Source: an uncultured delta proteobacterium (GTDB lineage Bacteria; Desulfobacterota; Desulfuromonadia; Desulfuromonadales; BM103). Taken from it: a stretch of 15,474 nt of DNA. The position numbers and the translations under genes were made by a program. The DNA is taken from positions 1 through 15,474 of the forward strand of contig CAVQRZ010000038.1 of the NCBI GenBank assembly GCA_963715335.1, written 5' to 3'. Each line of letters starts with the position of its first letter. Positions within the stretch are counted from its first letter, which is position 1. The notes under the pieces were generated by a model that ran no database searches, was not told the DNA's origin, and saw nothing but the letters and a program-made list of their open reading frames with translations. Shown here piece after piece: positions 1-8,714 of the stretch.

Positions 1-1
1 A

Positions 2-964
2 CTGATTTCGATCGTTGTTGGCCTCGGCCTGCTGGTCTGGAGCGCCGACCGGTTTGTCGGCGGGTCCGCCGCCGTGGCCCGCCATTTCGGTATGCCGCCG
101 CTGCTGATCGGCATGGTGATCGTTGGTTTCGGCACCTCGGCGCCGGAGATGTCAGTGTCCGCCCTCGCCGCGTTGCAGGGCAACCCGGCGCTTGCTCTGG
201 GCAACGCCTATGGTTCGAATATTGCCAATATCGCCCTGATCCTCGGACTCGCCGCGCTGGTCAGCCCGATTGCCGTGCATTCCGACGTGCTGCGCAAGGA
301 GCTGCCGATCCTGACCCTGATCACGTTTCTGGCCATCGGTCAACTTTGGGACGGCCGGCTGTCGCGGGCCGACGCCTGGGTCCTGCTGCTGGTTTTTGCC
401 GGGCTGATGGGCTGGACGATCTGGCAGGGGATACGGCGCAGGGACGATAACCTGGCCGTGGAAGTCGAACAGGCGTTCGCAGCCGAGCCTATGCCCCTCA
501 GCCGCGCCATTTTCTGGCTGGTTCTCGGCCTGGTCGTGCTGGTTGCCAGCTCCCGGGCCCTGGTCTGGGGGGCTGTGGCCATAGCCCGCGGTTTCGGGGT
601 CAGCGACCTGGTGGTCGGCCTGACCATCGTCGCGGTCGGTACGTCCTTGCCGGAGCTGGCGTCTTCGTTGATTGCCGCGCGCAAGGGTGAGCACGACATC
701 GCCCTGGGCAACGTGCTCGGCTCCAACCTCTTTAATACCCTGGCGGTGGTCGGTATCGCCGGGACAATCCACCCGATGGCCGTGCCTGGTGACGTCCTGT
801 CCCGGGACCTGCCGGTCATGGCGATCCTGACCCTGTCCCTGTTTGTGTTCGGTTACGGCTTTCGCGGTCCCGGGCGGATCAATCGCCTGGAGGGCGGCCT
901 GCTCCTGGCAGGCTTCCTGATCTACACCGGCTGGCTGGTTGTCAACGCCGGGACCGTTTCCTGA
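2..964 (+). CDS. Ca2+/Na+ (cation:Ca2+, CaCA/YrbG family) antiporter, 5'-truncated by the window edge
   Basis: The frame is open from nt 2 (LISIVVGLGLLVWSADRFVGGSAAVARHFG...), so the true start is upstream of the window. Both alpha-repeat motifs are present (GFGTSAPE...GNAYGSNIANI and AVGTSLPE...GNVLGSNLFN), with multiple hydrophobic helices. Confidence 0.93.
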   Translation: MISIVVGLGLLVWSADRFVGGSAAVARHFGMPPLLIGMVIVGFGTSAPEMSVSALAALQGNPALALGNAYGSNIANIALILGLAALVSPIAVHSDVLRKELPILTLITFLAIGQLWDGRLSRADAWVLLLVFAGLMGWTIWQGIRRRDDNLAVEVEQAFAAEPMPLSRAIFWLVLGLVVLVASSRALVWGAVAIARGFGVSDLVVGLTIVAVGTSLPELASSLIAARKGEHDIALGNVLGSNLFNTLAVVGIAGTIHPMAVPGDVLSRDLPVMAILTLSLFVFGYGFRGPGRINRLEGGLLLAGFLIYTGWLVVNAGTVS

Positions 965-970
965 CCTAAC

Positions 971-1834
971 CTAATAGATCTTCCTCTTGGAAAAAGTCGA
1001 GCCGAGGACGCTGAAGGTGTTCTCAACGATGAACAGCGAATAGGGGTCGTTGCTGAAGACGATTTCTTCCAGGCGCTTGAGCTGGATATTGTTGACGACG
1101 ATCAGCAGGACGGTTTTCTTGATCTTTTTGTAGGCCCCGACCCCGGGCAGCATGGTCGTGCCGATTTTCATGTCCTGCATGACCTGCTCGGCGATCTCGT
1201 CCGGTTTCTCGGAAATCACCAACGCCATTTTGCGCTGATTGAACATGGACAGGCAATAATCCAGGGTCATCGAGGTGATGAACACGGCGATCATCGATGC
1301 AATGACCAGGTCGTTGTCGAGGGTCAGGAAGCTGAAGCTGAACAGGCTGCAGTTGAAAAAGAAGAAGAATTTGCCCAGGCCGATATTGAATTTCTGGTAG
1401 AGGATCACGCCGGCGACGTCCAACCCGCCATTCGAGCCGAGCGAGCGCAGCACCATGCCGGCGCCGGCGCCGATGATCACGCCGAAGGTCACGGCAGCGT
1501 AAAGCTGGTCCTCGATGTTGATCCGGAAATTGACCAGCATGAAGAACAGCGACAGGGAGAGCATCGCCAGGGCGCTGTAGCCGAGAAACCTTTTCGAGAG
1601 GTAGATGTAGCCGATGATGAACATCGGGATATTCAGGAGCATGTAGATCATCCCGGTGTTCAACCCGCCGAACAGGTAATGAATCAGCGTCGCTATGCCG
1701 AACAGCCCGCCGGGGACAAACCCCTGGACCTCGCCGAGGGCTTTGTAACCGATGGCCTGGATGAAGGTGCCGACTACGATCAGGCCGCAATTCCATGCGA
1801 CAGAGTAGGGCAGTTTATGGGCGGTTGCGTTCAT
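971..1834 (-). CDS. YitT-family membrane protein (DUF161 TM region plus C-terminal DUF2179-like soluble domain)
   Basis: Family-typical motifs PGGLFG, LLNIP, GSNGGLD and C-terminal GVGAY...DPYSLF. The start is moved from the ORF-track 1891 to ATG 1834, which has GGAGA 7 nt upstream (287 aa). Confidence 0.88.
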   Translation of the reverse strand: MNATAHKLPYSVAWNCGLIVVGTFIQAIGYKALGEVQGFVPGGLFGIATLIHYLFGGLNTGMIYMLLNIPMFIIGYIYLSKRFLGYSALAMLSLSLFFMLVNFRINIEDQLYAAVTFGVIIGAGAGMVLRSLGSNGGLDVAGVILYQKFNIGLGKFFFFFNCSLFSFSFLTLDNDLVIASMIAVFITSMTLDYCLSMFNQRKMALVISEKPDEIAEQVMQDMKIGTTMLPGVGAYKKIKKTVLLIVVNNIQLKRLEEIVFSNDPYSLFIVENTFSVLGSTFSKRKIY

Positions 1835-1877
1835 GGTGAAATCTCCGTTGGCCGAGCGTGGGAAAATGATGCGTATC

Positions 1878-1904
1878 GCTATACCCGACAACTCCGGTTG
1901 TCAA
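1878..1904 (-). promoter_or_regulatory. Possible sigma70-type promoter for the yitT-like gene, overlapped by a GACAAC-N4-GTTGTC palindrome
   Basis: Perfect TTGACA on the minus strand (1904-1899), followed 15 nt later by TATAGC (weak -10, short spacer). Inverted repeat at 1887-1902. Confidence 0.4.
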
Positions 1905-1973
1905 ACTAATTCGTTATCCGGACAGTCAGGAAAGATTGCTGAGGCGATTGAGGAAAGAAGAATAACACATAGG

Positions 1974-2005
1974 AAAAGCCCGTATGGTGAATACGGGCTT
2001 TTTTT
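1974..2005. terminator. Intrinsic terminator downstream of phoU (bidirectional architecture)
   Basis: Perfect 12-bp inverted repeat AAAAGCCCGTAT-ggtga-ATACGGGCTTTT(TTT), about 20 nt after the phoU stop. Confidence 0.85.
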
Positions 2006-2024
2006 CGGAGGAGGCTTTTTACAG

Positions 2025-2678
2025 TTAAGCGATCGTGTGCCGGACAATCTCCCCTTCATTGAGGTAGATCACGTCTTCAGCGATGTTGGTCGCCAAATCG
2101 GCGACCCGCTCGAGATGGCGTGAAATGGTGAGGTAGTTGAGTAGGATGTCAACCAGCTCCGGTTCACGACGGATGTGGCTCTTGAATACCTGGTAATTCT
2201 GGCTATGAATAGTGTCCACCTCGTCATCCATAACGAGAACCTCCCGTGCCAGATTGACATCAACATTGACAAGGGAGTCCAGTGCCTTTTCAAGCATGAC
2301 AATGACCTTGTCGGCCATCTCATCGATATTCAGAGAATTCTCAATTTTCTGGGCCTCGCAGATAGCAACAGCCCGTTCCGAGATGTTGACTGCCTGGTCG
2401 GCGATACGTTCCAGGTCGTTATTAATTTTCAGGATGGCGACGATCATACGCAGATCGTTGGCGACCGGCTGATGCAGGGCAAGGACTTTAAGACATTCCT
2501 CCTCGAGTTCGACCTCCATGCGGTTTACCTGGGCATCGTTACCGATGATTTTGTTTGCCAGGTCGTAATCACAAGTCTCAAGAGCCTTGATGGCCTGCTG
2601 CACGTTATTTTCCACAACGGCAGAGAGTGTGAGCAACTGTTTTTCAAGCCTTTTCAGTTCGTGTCCAATCAAATGCAT
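2025..2678 (-). CDS. phoU: Phosphate signalling complex protein PhoU
   Basis: Duplicated PhoU motifs (HQPVANDLR...DLERIADQAVNI and HLERVADLATNIAE). 217 aa, GGGGA RBS, directly after pstB. Confidence 0.97.
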   Translation of the reverse strand: MHLIGHELKRLEKQLLTLSAVVENNVQQAIKALETCDYDLANKIIGNDAQVNRMEVELEEECLKVLALHQPVANDLRMIVAILKINNDLERIADQAVNISERAVAICEAQKIENSLNIDEMADKVIVMLEKALDSLVNVDVNLAREVLVMDDEVDTIHSQNYQVFKSHIRREPELVDILLNYLTISRHLERVADLATNIAEDVIYLNEGEIVRHTIA

Positions 2679-2688
2679 AATATTCCCC

Positions 2689-3472
2689 CTAGCCGAAACG
2701 GCCGGTGATGTAGTCTTCGGTCTGTTTATTCTTAGGTTTCATGAACATCTTGCCGGTTAAACCGAATTCAACGAGGTGTCCTTCGTAGAGAAAAGCGGTG
2801 TAGTCGGAAACCCGTGCCGCCTGCTGCATGTTGTGGGTGACGATGATGATGGTGTAATCATTGCTGAGGTCCCCGATCAGTTCTTCGACGCGTGCCGTCG
2901 ATTTCGGGTCAAGGGCACTGCACGGCTCATCCATCAAAATCACTTCAGGATTGACGGCAATCGCCCGGGCGATGCAGAGGCGCTGCATCTGGCCTCCCGA
3001 GAGTCCGAGCGCGGAGGTTTGCAGGCGGTCCTTGACTTCATCCCACAGGGCCGCGCCCTTTAAGCTGCGCTCAACGGTTTCGTCGAGAATCGTTTTGTTC
3101 TTCACGCCTGCGATACGCAACCCATAGATGACGTTCTCGTAAATCGACTTGGGGAATGGATTGGACTTCTGGAACACCATGCCGACCCGGCGCCGTAGCT
3201 CGATGACGTCCATCGATGAGGCAGTTGATTTCCGCGCCGTTCAGCAGAATGCTCCCTTGGATCACACTGATGTCGATCAGATCGTTCATCCTGTTGAAGC
3301 ATCTTAGCAGGGTCGACTTGCCGCAGCCGGAAGGGCCGATCAAAGCCGTGACCTTGCGTCGCGGAAAGTTCAAGCTGATGCTGTGCAGGGCCTTGACGCT
3401 GCCGTAGTAAAAGTCGAGGTTCCCCACCTCGATGATCGGATCTTCTGTCTGCAGGCTTGCTGCGTCACTCAT
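2689..3472 (-). pseudogene. pstB: Phosphate ABC transporter ATPase PstB, split by a +1 frameshift near 3223-3224 (real lesion or sequence error)
   Basis: The N-half (from 3472) has Walker [10 protein letters not shown] and RCFNRMND. The C-half, in another frame, has VGMVFQK, LSGGQ, ILMDEP, SALD, VTHNM and DYITGRFG. The span is 784 nt. Removing one base from AAC-T-GCC gives a continuous 260-aa ORF (...[14 protein letters not shown]...). Confidence 0.93.
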
Positions 3473-3487
3473 TGCGTCATTTCTCTC

Positions 3488-5092
3488 TTAGAATGTTCCG
3501 AAAGTATAGCGTTTCTTCATCTTGTTGCGCAAATAGATGGCGATGCTGCTCATGGTCAACACGATCAGGACCAGCAGCAGGGTGGTGACGAAGACCATCG
3601 GCTTTGCGGCCTCGACGTTCGGTGACTGGAAGCCGATGTCATAGATATGAAAACCGAGGTGCATGAACTTGCGGTCCAGATGCAGATACGGGAAGTTGCC
3701 GTCCAGTGGCAATGCCGGGGCCAATTTGACCACCCCGGTAATCATAAGGGGAGCGACCTCGCCGGCGGCCCTGGCCATGGCCAGGATCAGGCCGGTCAAT
3801 ATCCCTGGGGAAGCCATCGGCAGCAGAATGCGCGTCAGGGTCTGAAACTTGGTGGATCCGAGAGCCAGCGAACCCTCGCGGATTTCGCGGGGGATGGCCC
3901 CAAGGGCTTCTTCCGTCGAAACGATGACGACCGGCACGGTCAGCAGGGCCAGGGTCAGGCTGGCCCAGAGGATGCCACCGGTACCGTAGGTCGGCGTCGG
4001 CAGGAACTCCGGATAGAAGATGCTGTCGATCGTGCCGCCGATGCCGTAGATAAAGAAGCCCAGACCGAAGATGCCGTAGACGATCGATGGAATCCCCGCC
4101 AGGTTGTTGACGGCGATCCTGACAATACGAACAATCGCTCCTTCCTTGGCATATTCGCGCAGGTAAACAGCCGAGATGACCCCGAAAGGGAAGGAGAACA
4201 GGCTCATGATGAAGATCATCATGACGGTGCCGTAGATCGCCGGGAACAGTCCGCCTTCGGTATTCGACTCGCGTGGTTCACTGAACAGCAGTTCATACAG
4301 CTTGACGAGGTAAAAGCCGCATTTCTCAATGGTTGACATCATGTTTGGTTGATAAACCTGCACGATATCAACAAGGGCGATCTGTTTCTCGCGGCCGTTT
4401 GCATCGATGAACGTCGCCTTGTAGGCTCTTAACTGTTGTTCGATGCTGACCTGCGTGTCGAGGCGGTTATTGAAGTCGTTTTGCAGAACAGCCTGCTCCC
4501 GCAACAGTTTCTTCACCTCGGGCGCATTTTCCGGCGTCCCTTTGTAGTCGGCCTTGATCAGGCTGTGCCGGATATCTTCAAGTTGATAACTGAGCGTGGA
4601 TAATTCTTCGGCAAGCTGCTTCAGGTCATCACTACGGAGTTCAATTTCCCCAAGGGCCGATTGCAGCGTGGAAATCTCGTCTGTCGAGTTGCTCTCATGC
4701 AGCAGATCGCTTATTTCAAGCTTTTGGAGGTAGCCAAAAAAGTTGCCGTATTCGTGCCGTTCAAGGACCAGGGCTGTTTGCGGAACGCTGCGTGACGCGA
4801 TGCTGTTTTCATCGACCCAGCGAAAGTCGAGGCCGTAAAGGTCCCGGTTGCCAATCTTGAACTGCAGGCGGTCGCCATCGGAATCGGGGACTTCTTCTTT
4901 TTTGACAATCTCGCCGAGCAGCAGCGAGCCGTCTTTCAGCTCTGCCTGGACGAGCTCGGCAGGCCAGAAGACGCCCAGGCCGTTGACCAGGATGACGACC
5001 AGCAGGGTTGCTGCGATCAGCAGTGTTATGGCCAGGGCTGCGCCCGTTCCCCAGACGCAGGGTTCTCCGATGCGCCAGAATGCTCTTTTCAT
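3488..5092 (-). CDS. pstA: Phosphate ABC transporter permease PstA, long form with large extracytoplasmic/coiled-coil insertion
   Basis: PRESNTEGGLFPAIYGT, NNLAGIPSIVYG, EAA-like REGSLALGSTKFQT and ARAAGEVAP. Its ATG overlaps the pstC stop (TGATG at 5094-5090). Confidence 0.95.
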   Translation of the reverse strand: MKRAFWRIGEPCVWGTGAALAITLLIAATLLVVILVNGLGVFWPAELVQAELKDGSLLLGEIVKKEEVPDSDGDRLQFKIGNRDLYGLDFRWVDENSIASRSVPQTALVLERHEYGNFFGYLQKLEISDLLHESNSTDEISTLQSALGEIELRSDDLKQLAEELSTLSYQLEDIRHSLIKADYKGTPENAPEVKKLLREQAVLQNDFNNRLDTQVSIEQQLRAYKATFIDANGREKQIALVDIVQVYQPNMMSTIEKCGFYLVKLYELLFSEPRESNTEGGLFPAIYGTVMMIFIMSLFSFPFGVISAVYLREYAKEGAIVRIVRIAVNNLAGIPSIVYGIFGLGFFIYGIGGTIDSIFYPEFLPTPTYGTGGILWASLTLALLTVPVVIVSTEEALGAIPREIREGSLALGSTKFQTLTRILLPMASPGILTGLILAMARAAGEVAPLMITGVVKLAPALPLDGNFPYLHLDRKFMHLGFHIYDIGFQSPNVEAAKPMVFVTTLLLVLIVLTMSSIAIYLRNKMKKRYTFGTF

Positions 5093-7329
5093 CAGAAACG
5101 TCCGTATTTCTTGCGTAGCCGCTGACGGATTACTTCGGCCACGGTGTTTACCACGAAAGTCATTACAAACAGGATGACCGCCGACAGGAACAGGGTTCGG
5201 TAGAGAGTCCCGTCTACGGGGGCTTCGGGGATTTCAACCGCAATATTCGCGGACAACGGCCGCATGCCGTTGAAGATGCTCAAGTCCATGATCGGCGTAT
5301 TGCCCGTTGCCATCAGGACGATCATCGTTTCGCCAACTGCACGACCGAAACCGATCATGGTGCCGGCAAAGATGCCGGGGCTCGCCGAGGGCAGGATGAC
5401 GCGCCACACCGTCTGCCAGCGGCTCGCACCGCAGGCCAGGGAGGCGGCCCTCAGCGCCGGAGGGACATTGGACAGGGCGTCCTCGGCAATGGTGAAGATG
5501 ATCGGGATGACTGCAAAACCCATCGCAAAGGCAATGATGATGCAGTTGCGCGGGTCATAGCGAACGCCATGCTCTGAGAACATCCACTGGGCCATGTCGC
5601 CATCAAACAGGGCATTCTCAAAAGTCGGCCCGAGCGTTGCTGCTATGGCAACCATGAGCATGATGATCGGGATGATTGCAAGGAATTCAAAACCTCGCTC
5701 GACCTTGAGCAATGCTTCGTTGCGGCGCAGCCCCTGCCAGACGAGGATCGCCAGGATCAGGCCTGCAGGCAACATGATAATGCTGAGGAACAGCGCGCCG
5801 AGTGAAGCTTTTATCATCGGCGCCAGCCACAGGGCGGCAAGGAAGCCGATGATCACGGTCGGCACGGCGGCCATGACCTCCACCATCGGTTTGATTATTT
5901 CACGCAGGCGTGGACGGCAGAATTGGCTCGTGTAGATCGCGCCAAACAGGGCCAGCGGTACGGCGAAAAACATCGCGTAAAAGGTTCCCTTAAGGGTACC
6001 GAAGATCAGCGGGGTCAGGCTGAGCTTGGGTTCGAAGTCATCCGTTGCCGCAGAAGATTGCCAAACAAAGGCCGGTTCGTCGTAGCCTTCGTACCAGACC
6101 CTGCCGAACAGGGTTTTCCAGCTCACCTCGGGATGTGGATTGTCCAGTCTCCAGACGATGTTGGCCCCCTTGGCCGTCATGCCGATGATGCTGTCACTGC
6201 GGCCGGAGAAGGCGAACAGCTCCACGGGAGAGTCATTGCCGAGTGAGAGCAGGTGTCGCTCGCTGGTCATATGGTCCAGGTTCAGCTTCCCGGATCTGCC
6301 AAGGCTCAGAATCGACTTGTCGCGCAGGCTGTGACGTATGGCAACGACGGCACTGTCATGGCGGCTGAGATCGTGAATGCGCTGCAGAGAACGCTGCGAG
6401 CTGTCACTTTCGGTCCTGACCGGAAACCATGCTGTCACGTAACCCTGTTCGTCGCCCACCGCCAGCGAGTAGTCTCCGAAAACCATGCCGAGAGCGGTAA
6501 TGGCACGCTCGTCGGCAAATGCTTTGATGTTGTCAAGAAACTCGGCCCCACCCGGTTCCTCGAGATTCCAGCGCAGCAGATGCCCGTCACTGGTGCCGGC
6601 ATAGAGGGCGGTGCCTTTTTCGCCGGTCGCCAGCACGGTCACCGGAATATGCCCGTCCTGGTTCAGGACTTCTTCGAAGGTCTCCACGTCGCCGCCACCG
6701 AACAGTGACTGCGTCTCGACCAGTTGGATTATTGTTATGCGGCCATCGTTGTGCAGATCAATGCGGGTTTTACGACCATCGACGTTGGCCCTGGCCAGGG
6801 TTATGACAGATTGCTCGTTGTTGGGCAGGGGCGGAAAGTCGAATCGACGCTGGACTGTATGCTGAATGGTCCGAAGGTTGTTTCGGGTTTCATCGAAAAA
6901 AGGTTTGAAGCTGACCTGCTCGATGGTTACAGAGCTGTCGCTCCATACCAGGGTATGTTCAAGCCTGCCAAAACTCTCAACGCGGACAACCTTTGCAGAC
7001 TCATCATACGGTGAGTGCAACTGCACCGAGTCCGTCTCGCGGCCATGCAGCGTTTCGAAGAATCTCAGCTGCCCGGATGATTCAAGCATGTACCCGGTTT
7101 CAAGGTAATCGTCAACGCCAAGCGCCAAGGAGCCAGCTTCTCTATCTCTGGGGGCCTCGAACGTGGCAAAAATTTCAGCTTTCGGTTTTTGGAACAGCGG
7201 TAAAGTGACTTTTGTGATCAGGACAAGGATCAGGATGACACTGAAGATGACCGCCAACCCGGTCAGGGTAATAACCCACTTGGCAATACGGTCGTTGCGT
7301 TTGGTCCTGCGACGGAACAGTTCATTCAT
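5092..7329 (-). CDS. pstC: Phosphate ABC transporter permease PstC, long form with ~400-aa extracytoplasmic WD40/beta-propeller-like domain
   Basis: The C-terminal permease domain has EVMAAVPTVIIGF, RAASLACGASRWQT and GRAVGETMIVLMATGN. The N-terminal region has WD40-like segments (LYAGTSDGHLLRWNL, LAVGDEQGYVTAW, HDSAVVAI). Confidence 0.93.
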   Translation of the reverse strand: MNELFRRRTKRNDRIAKWVITLTGLAVIFSVILILVLITKVTLPLFQKPKAEIFATFEAPRDREAGSLALGVDDYLETGYMLESSGQLRFFETLHGRETDSVQLHSPYDESAKVVRVESFGRLEHTLVWSDSSVTIEQVSFKPFFDETRNNLRTIQHTVQRRFDFPPLPNNEQSVITLARANVDGRKTRIDLHNDGRITIIQLVETQSLFGGGDVETFEEVLNQDGHIPVTVLATGEKGTALYAGTSDGHLLRWNLEEPGGAEFLDNIKAFADERAITALGMVFGDYSLAVGDEQGYVTAWFPVRTESDSSQRSLQRIHDLSRHDSAVVAIRHSLRDKSILSLGRSGKLNLDHMTSERHLLSLGNDSPVELFAFSGRSDSIIGMTAKGANIVWRLDNPHPEVSWKTLFGRVWYEGYDEPAFVWQSSAATDDFEPKLSLTPLIFGTLKGTFYAMFFAVPLALFGAIYTSQFCRPRLREIIKPMVEVMAAVPTVIIGFLAALWLAPMIKASLGALFLSIIMLPAGLILAILVWQGLRRNEALLKVERGFEFLAIIPIIMLMVAIAATLGPTFENALFDGDMAQWMFSEHGVRYDPRNCIIIAFAMGFAVIPIIFTIAEDALSNVPPALRAASLACGASRWQTVWRVILPSASPGIFAGTMIGFGRAVGETMIVLMATGNTPIMDLSIFNGMRPLSANIAVEIPEAPVDGTLYRTLFLSAVILFVMTFVVNTVAEVIRQRLRKKYGRF

Positions 7330-7352
7330 CTTGCGAATCCTGCCGTGGTGTT

Positions 7353-7398
7353 AAAAAGCTGGTCCCGCCAGCCGACAGTGGTTTCGGATGGCGGGACC
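7353..7398 (-). terminator. pstS-pstC intergenic stem-loop with short U-tract (partial terminator / mRNA stabiliser)
   Basis: Perfect 10-bp stem GGTCCCGCCA/TGGCGGGACC (7361-7370/7389-7398) plus a 4-bp CCGA/TCGG extension. Followed on the minus strand by AGC-TTTTT. Confidence 0.72.
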
Positions 7399-7441
7399 GA
7401 GGGTTTACTCTACCGTTCGGCTGAGGTGCTGAGCTCAACCC

Positions 7442-8428
7442 TTAATCAATCATCTTGCGCATCTTGTCGGCGGCGGCGGCGGTCAGCGGCAAATAGCCGT
7501 CCTTAATCACGACCTCCTGACCCTCCTTGGACAGCACATACAGCAGGAACTCTTTCTGCAGGGTCGGCAGCGGCTTGTTCGGTTCTTTGGCTACGTTGAT
7601 GTAGAGAAGGCGACCGAGCGGGTATTTACCGCTGAGCACGTTTTCGTAGGACGTTGCGTAAGCCGTTTCGCCGTCCTTGCCGGCCAGTGCGAGAGCCTTG
7701 ACGCCCGACGTGACATAACCCACACCCGAGTAGCCGATGCCGGCCTTGTCCTCGGTCACACCGAGCACTACCGAGGCTGAACCGGGCTGCTCCTTGACGG
7801 TGTCCCTGTAATCGCCCTTCTTCAGGGTGTGTTCCTTGAAGAAACCGTAGGTGCCCGAGGCAGAGTTGCGGCCGTAGAGGCTCATCGGCTTGTTGGCCCA
7901 CTCGCCGGCCAGGCCAAGCTGGCCCCAAGTGGTGATGTCTTGACCGCCGCGCTTCTGGGTCTTGGAGAAGATCGAGTCGACCTGGGTCATTGACATCTCG
8001 CTGATCGGGTTGTCCTTGTTGACGAACACGGCCAGGGCATCAAGGGCCACGCCGATGGTGGTCGGCTTGAAGCCGTACTTAGCTTCAAAAGCTTCCACTT
8101 CCTGCTGCTTCATTTCTCGGGACATCGGGCCAAGCTGAGAGACGCCCTCAATCAAGGCCGGGGGCGCGGTGCTGGAGCCCTTGCCTTCGATCTGGACATT
8201 GACGTTCGGGTATATCTTGCGGAAGCCTTCCGCCCAGAAGGTCATCATGTTGTTCAGGGTGTCGGAACCGACGCTGTTCAACGTTCCGGCGACACCTTCG
8301 ATCTTTTTGTAACTGGGCAGCTTGGCGTCAATCTGGATCTGCTCGGCAAGGCTTGCAGATGCGACAAAGCTCATGTTCAGGATACTCAGGCCCAGCACAA
8401 GGGCCAGTTTCTTGATGCTGTTTTTCAT
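7442..8428 (-). CDS. pstS: Phosphate ABC transporter substrate-binding protein PstS
   Basis: Sec signal peptide ([14 protein letters not shown]...ASLA), motifs GSDT, GKGSSTA, MSR, RNSASGT and YPLGR. AAGGAG RBS. First gene of the pst operon. Confidence 0.96.
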   Translation of the reverse strand: MKNSIKKLALVLGLSILNMSFVASASLAEQIQIDAKLPSYKKIEGVAGTLNSVGSDTLNNMMTFWAEGFRKIYPNVNVQIEGKGSSTAPPALIEGVSQLGPMSREMKQQEVEAFEAKYGFKPTTIGVALDALAVFVNKDNPISEMSMTQVDSIFSKTQKRGGQDITTWGQLGLAGEWANKPMSLYGRNSASGTYGFFKEHTLKKGDYRDTVKEQPGSASVVLGVTEDKAGIGYSGVGYVTSGVKALALAGKDGETAYATSYENVLSGKYPLGRLLYINVAKEPNKPLPTLQKEFLLYVLSKEGQEVVIKDGYLPLTAAAADKMRKMID

Positions 8429-8525
8429 TGTGTTATCTCCTTGATGTCTAACGAACCGTGTATTTTGTGCCGGGACCTTCCCGGACGTACCGTCAGATAG
8501 CCTGCTGAGAAGAATCGTCCTGGTT

Positions 8526-8554
8526 CGTTAGAGGCATGTTAGCGATCTGTAAGG
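8526..8554 (-). promoter_or_regulatory. Proximal Pho-box-like array upstream of pstS
   Basis: Plus-strand CGTTAGA (8526), TGTTAGC (8537) and TGTAAGG (8548), at an exact 11-bp period. Confidence 0.7.
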
Positions 8555-8638
8555 AGTTAGTGAAAACGCTGATTTAGATTCTGTATTCAAAAACAAATTC
8601 ATTTACATCAATCAGCCCTGAGAGTGATAACTGTCTAT

Positions 8639-8667
8639 TGTTAGGATTGTGTTAGGGCGTTGTTAGG
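8639..8667 (-). promoter_or_regulatory. Distal Pho-box-like array upstream of pstS (3 perfect heptamers)
   Basis: TGTTAGG-N4-TGTTAGG-N4-TGTTAGG at 8639, 8650 and 8661 (CCTAACA x3 on the coding strand). -10-like TATCAC lies 9 nt downstream (8629-8624). Confidence 0.82.
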
Positions 8668-8714
8668 AAAGATGAGACGATCAGTGGTGGGGGCAGTGTG
8701 TTCCAGGAAGTGGG

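Noticed and set aside
965..976. CCTAAC/CTAATA between the convergent antiporter and yitT stops
   Set aside because: It resembles the heptamer but lacks the 11-bp period and lies at gene 3' ends.
3071..3222. C-terminal tail of the 133-aa ORF ([13 protein letters not shown]...) as real protein sequence
   Set aside because: It is the out-of-frame run-on after the pstB frameshift.
3205..3245. Programmed ribosomal frameshift in pstB
   Set aside because: No slippery heptamer or homopolymer is present, and I know of no precedent for pstB.
3461..3480. TGACGCA direct repeat and Met-Thr-Gln-stop mini-ORF overlapping the pstB start
   Set aside because: Only two copies at 12-bp spacing. The RBS spacing favours the pstB ATG, so this is likely chance.
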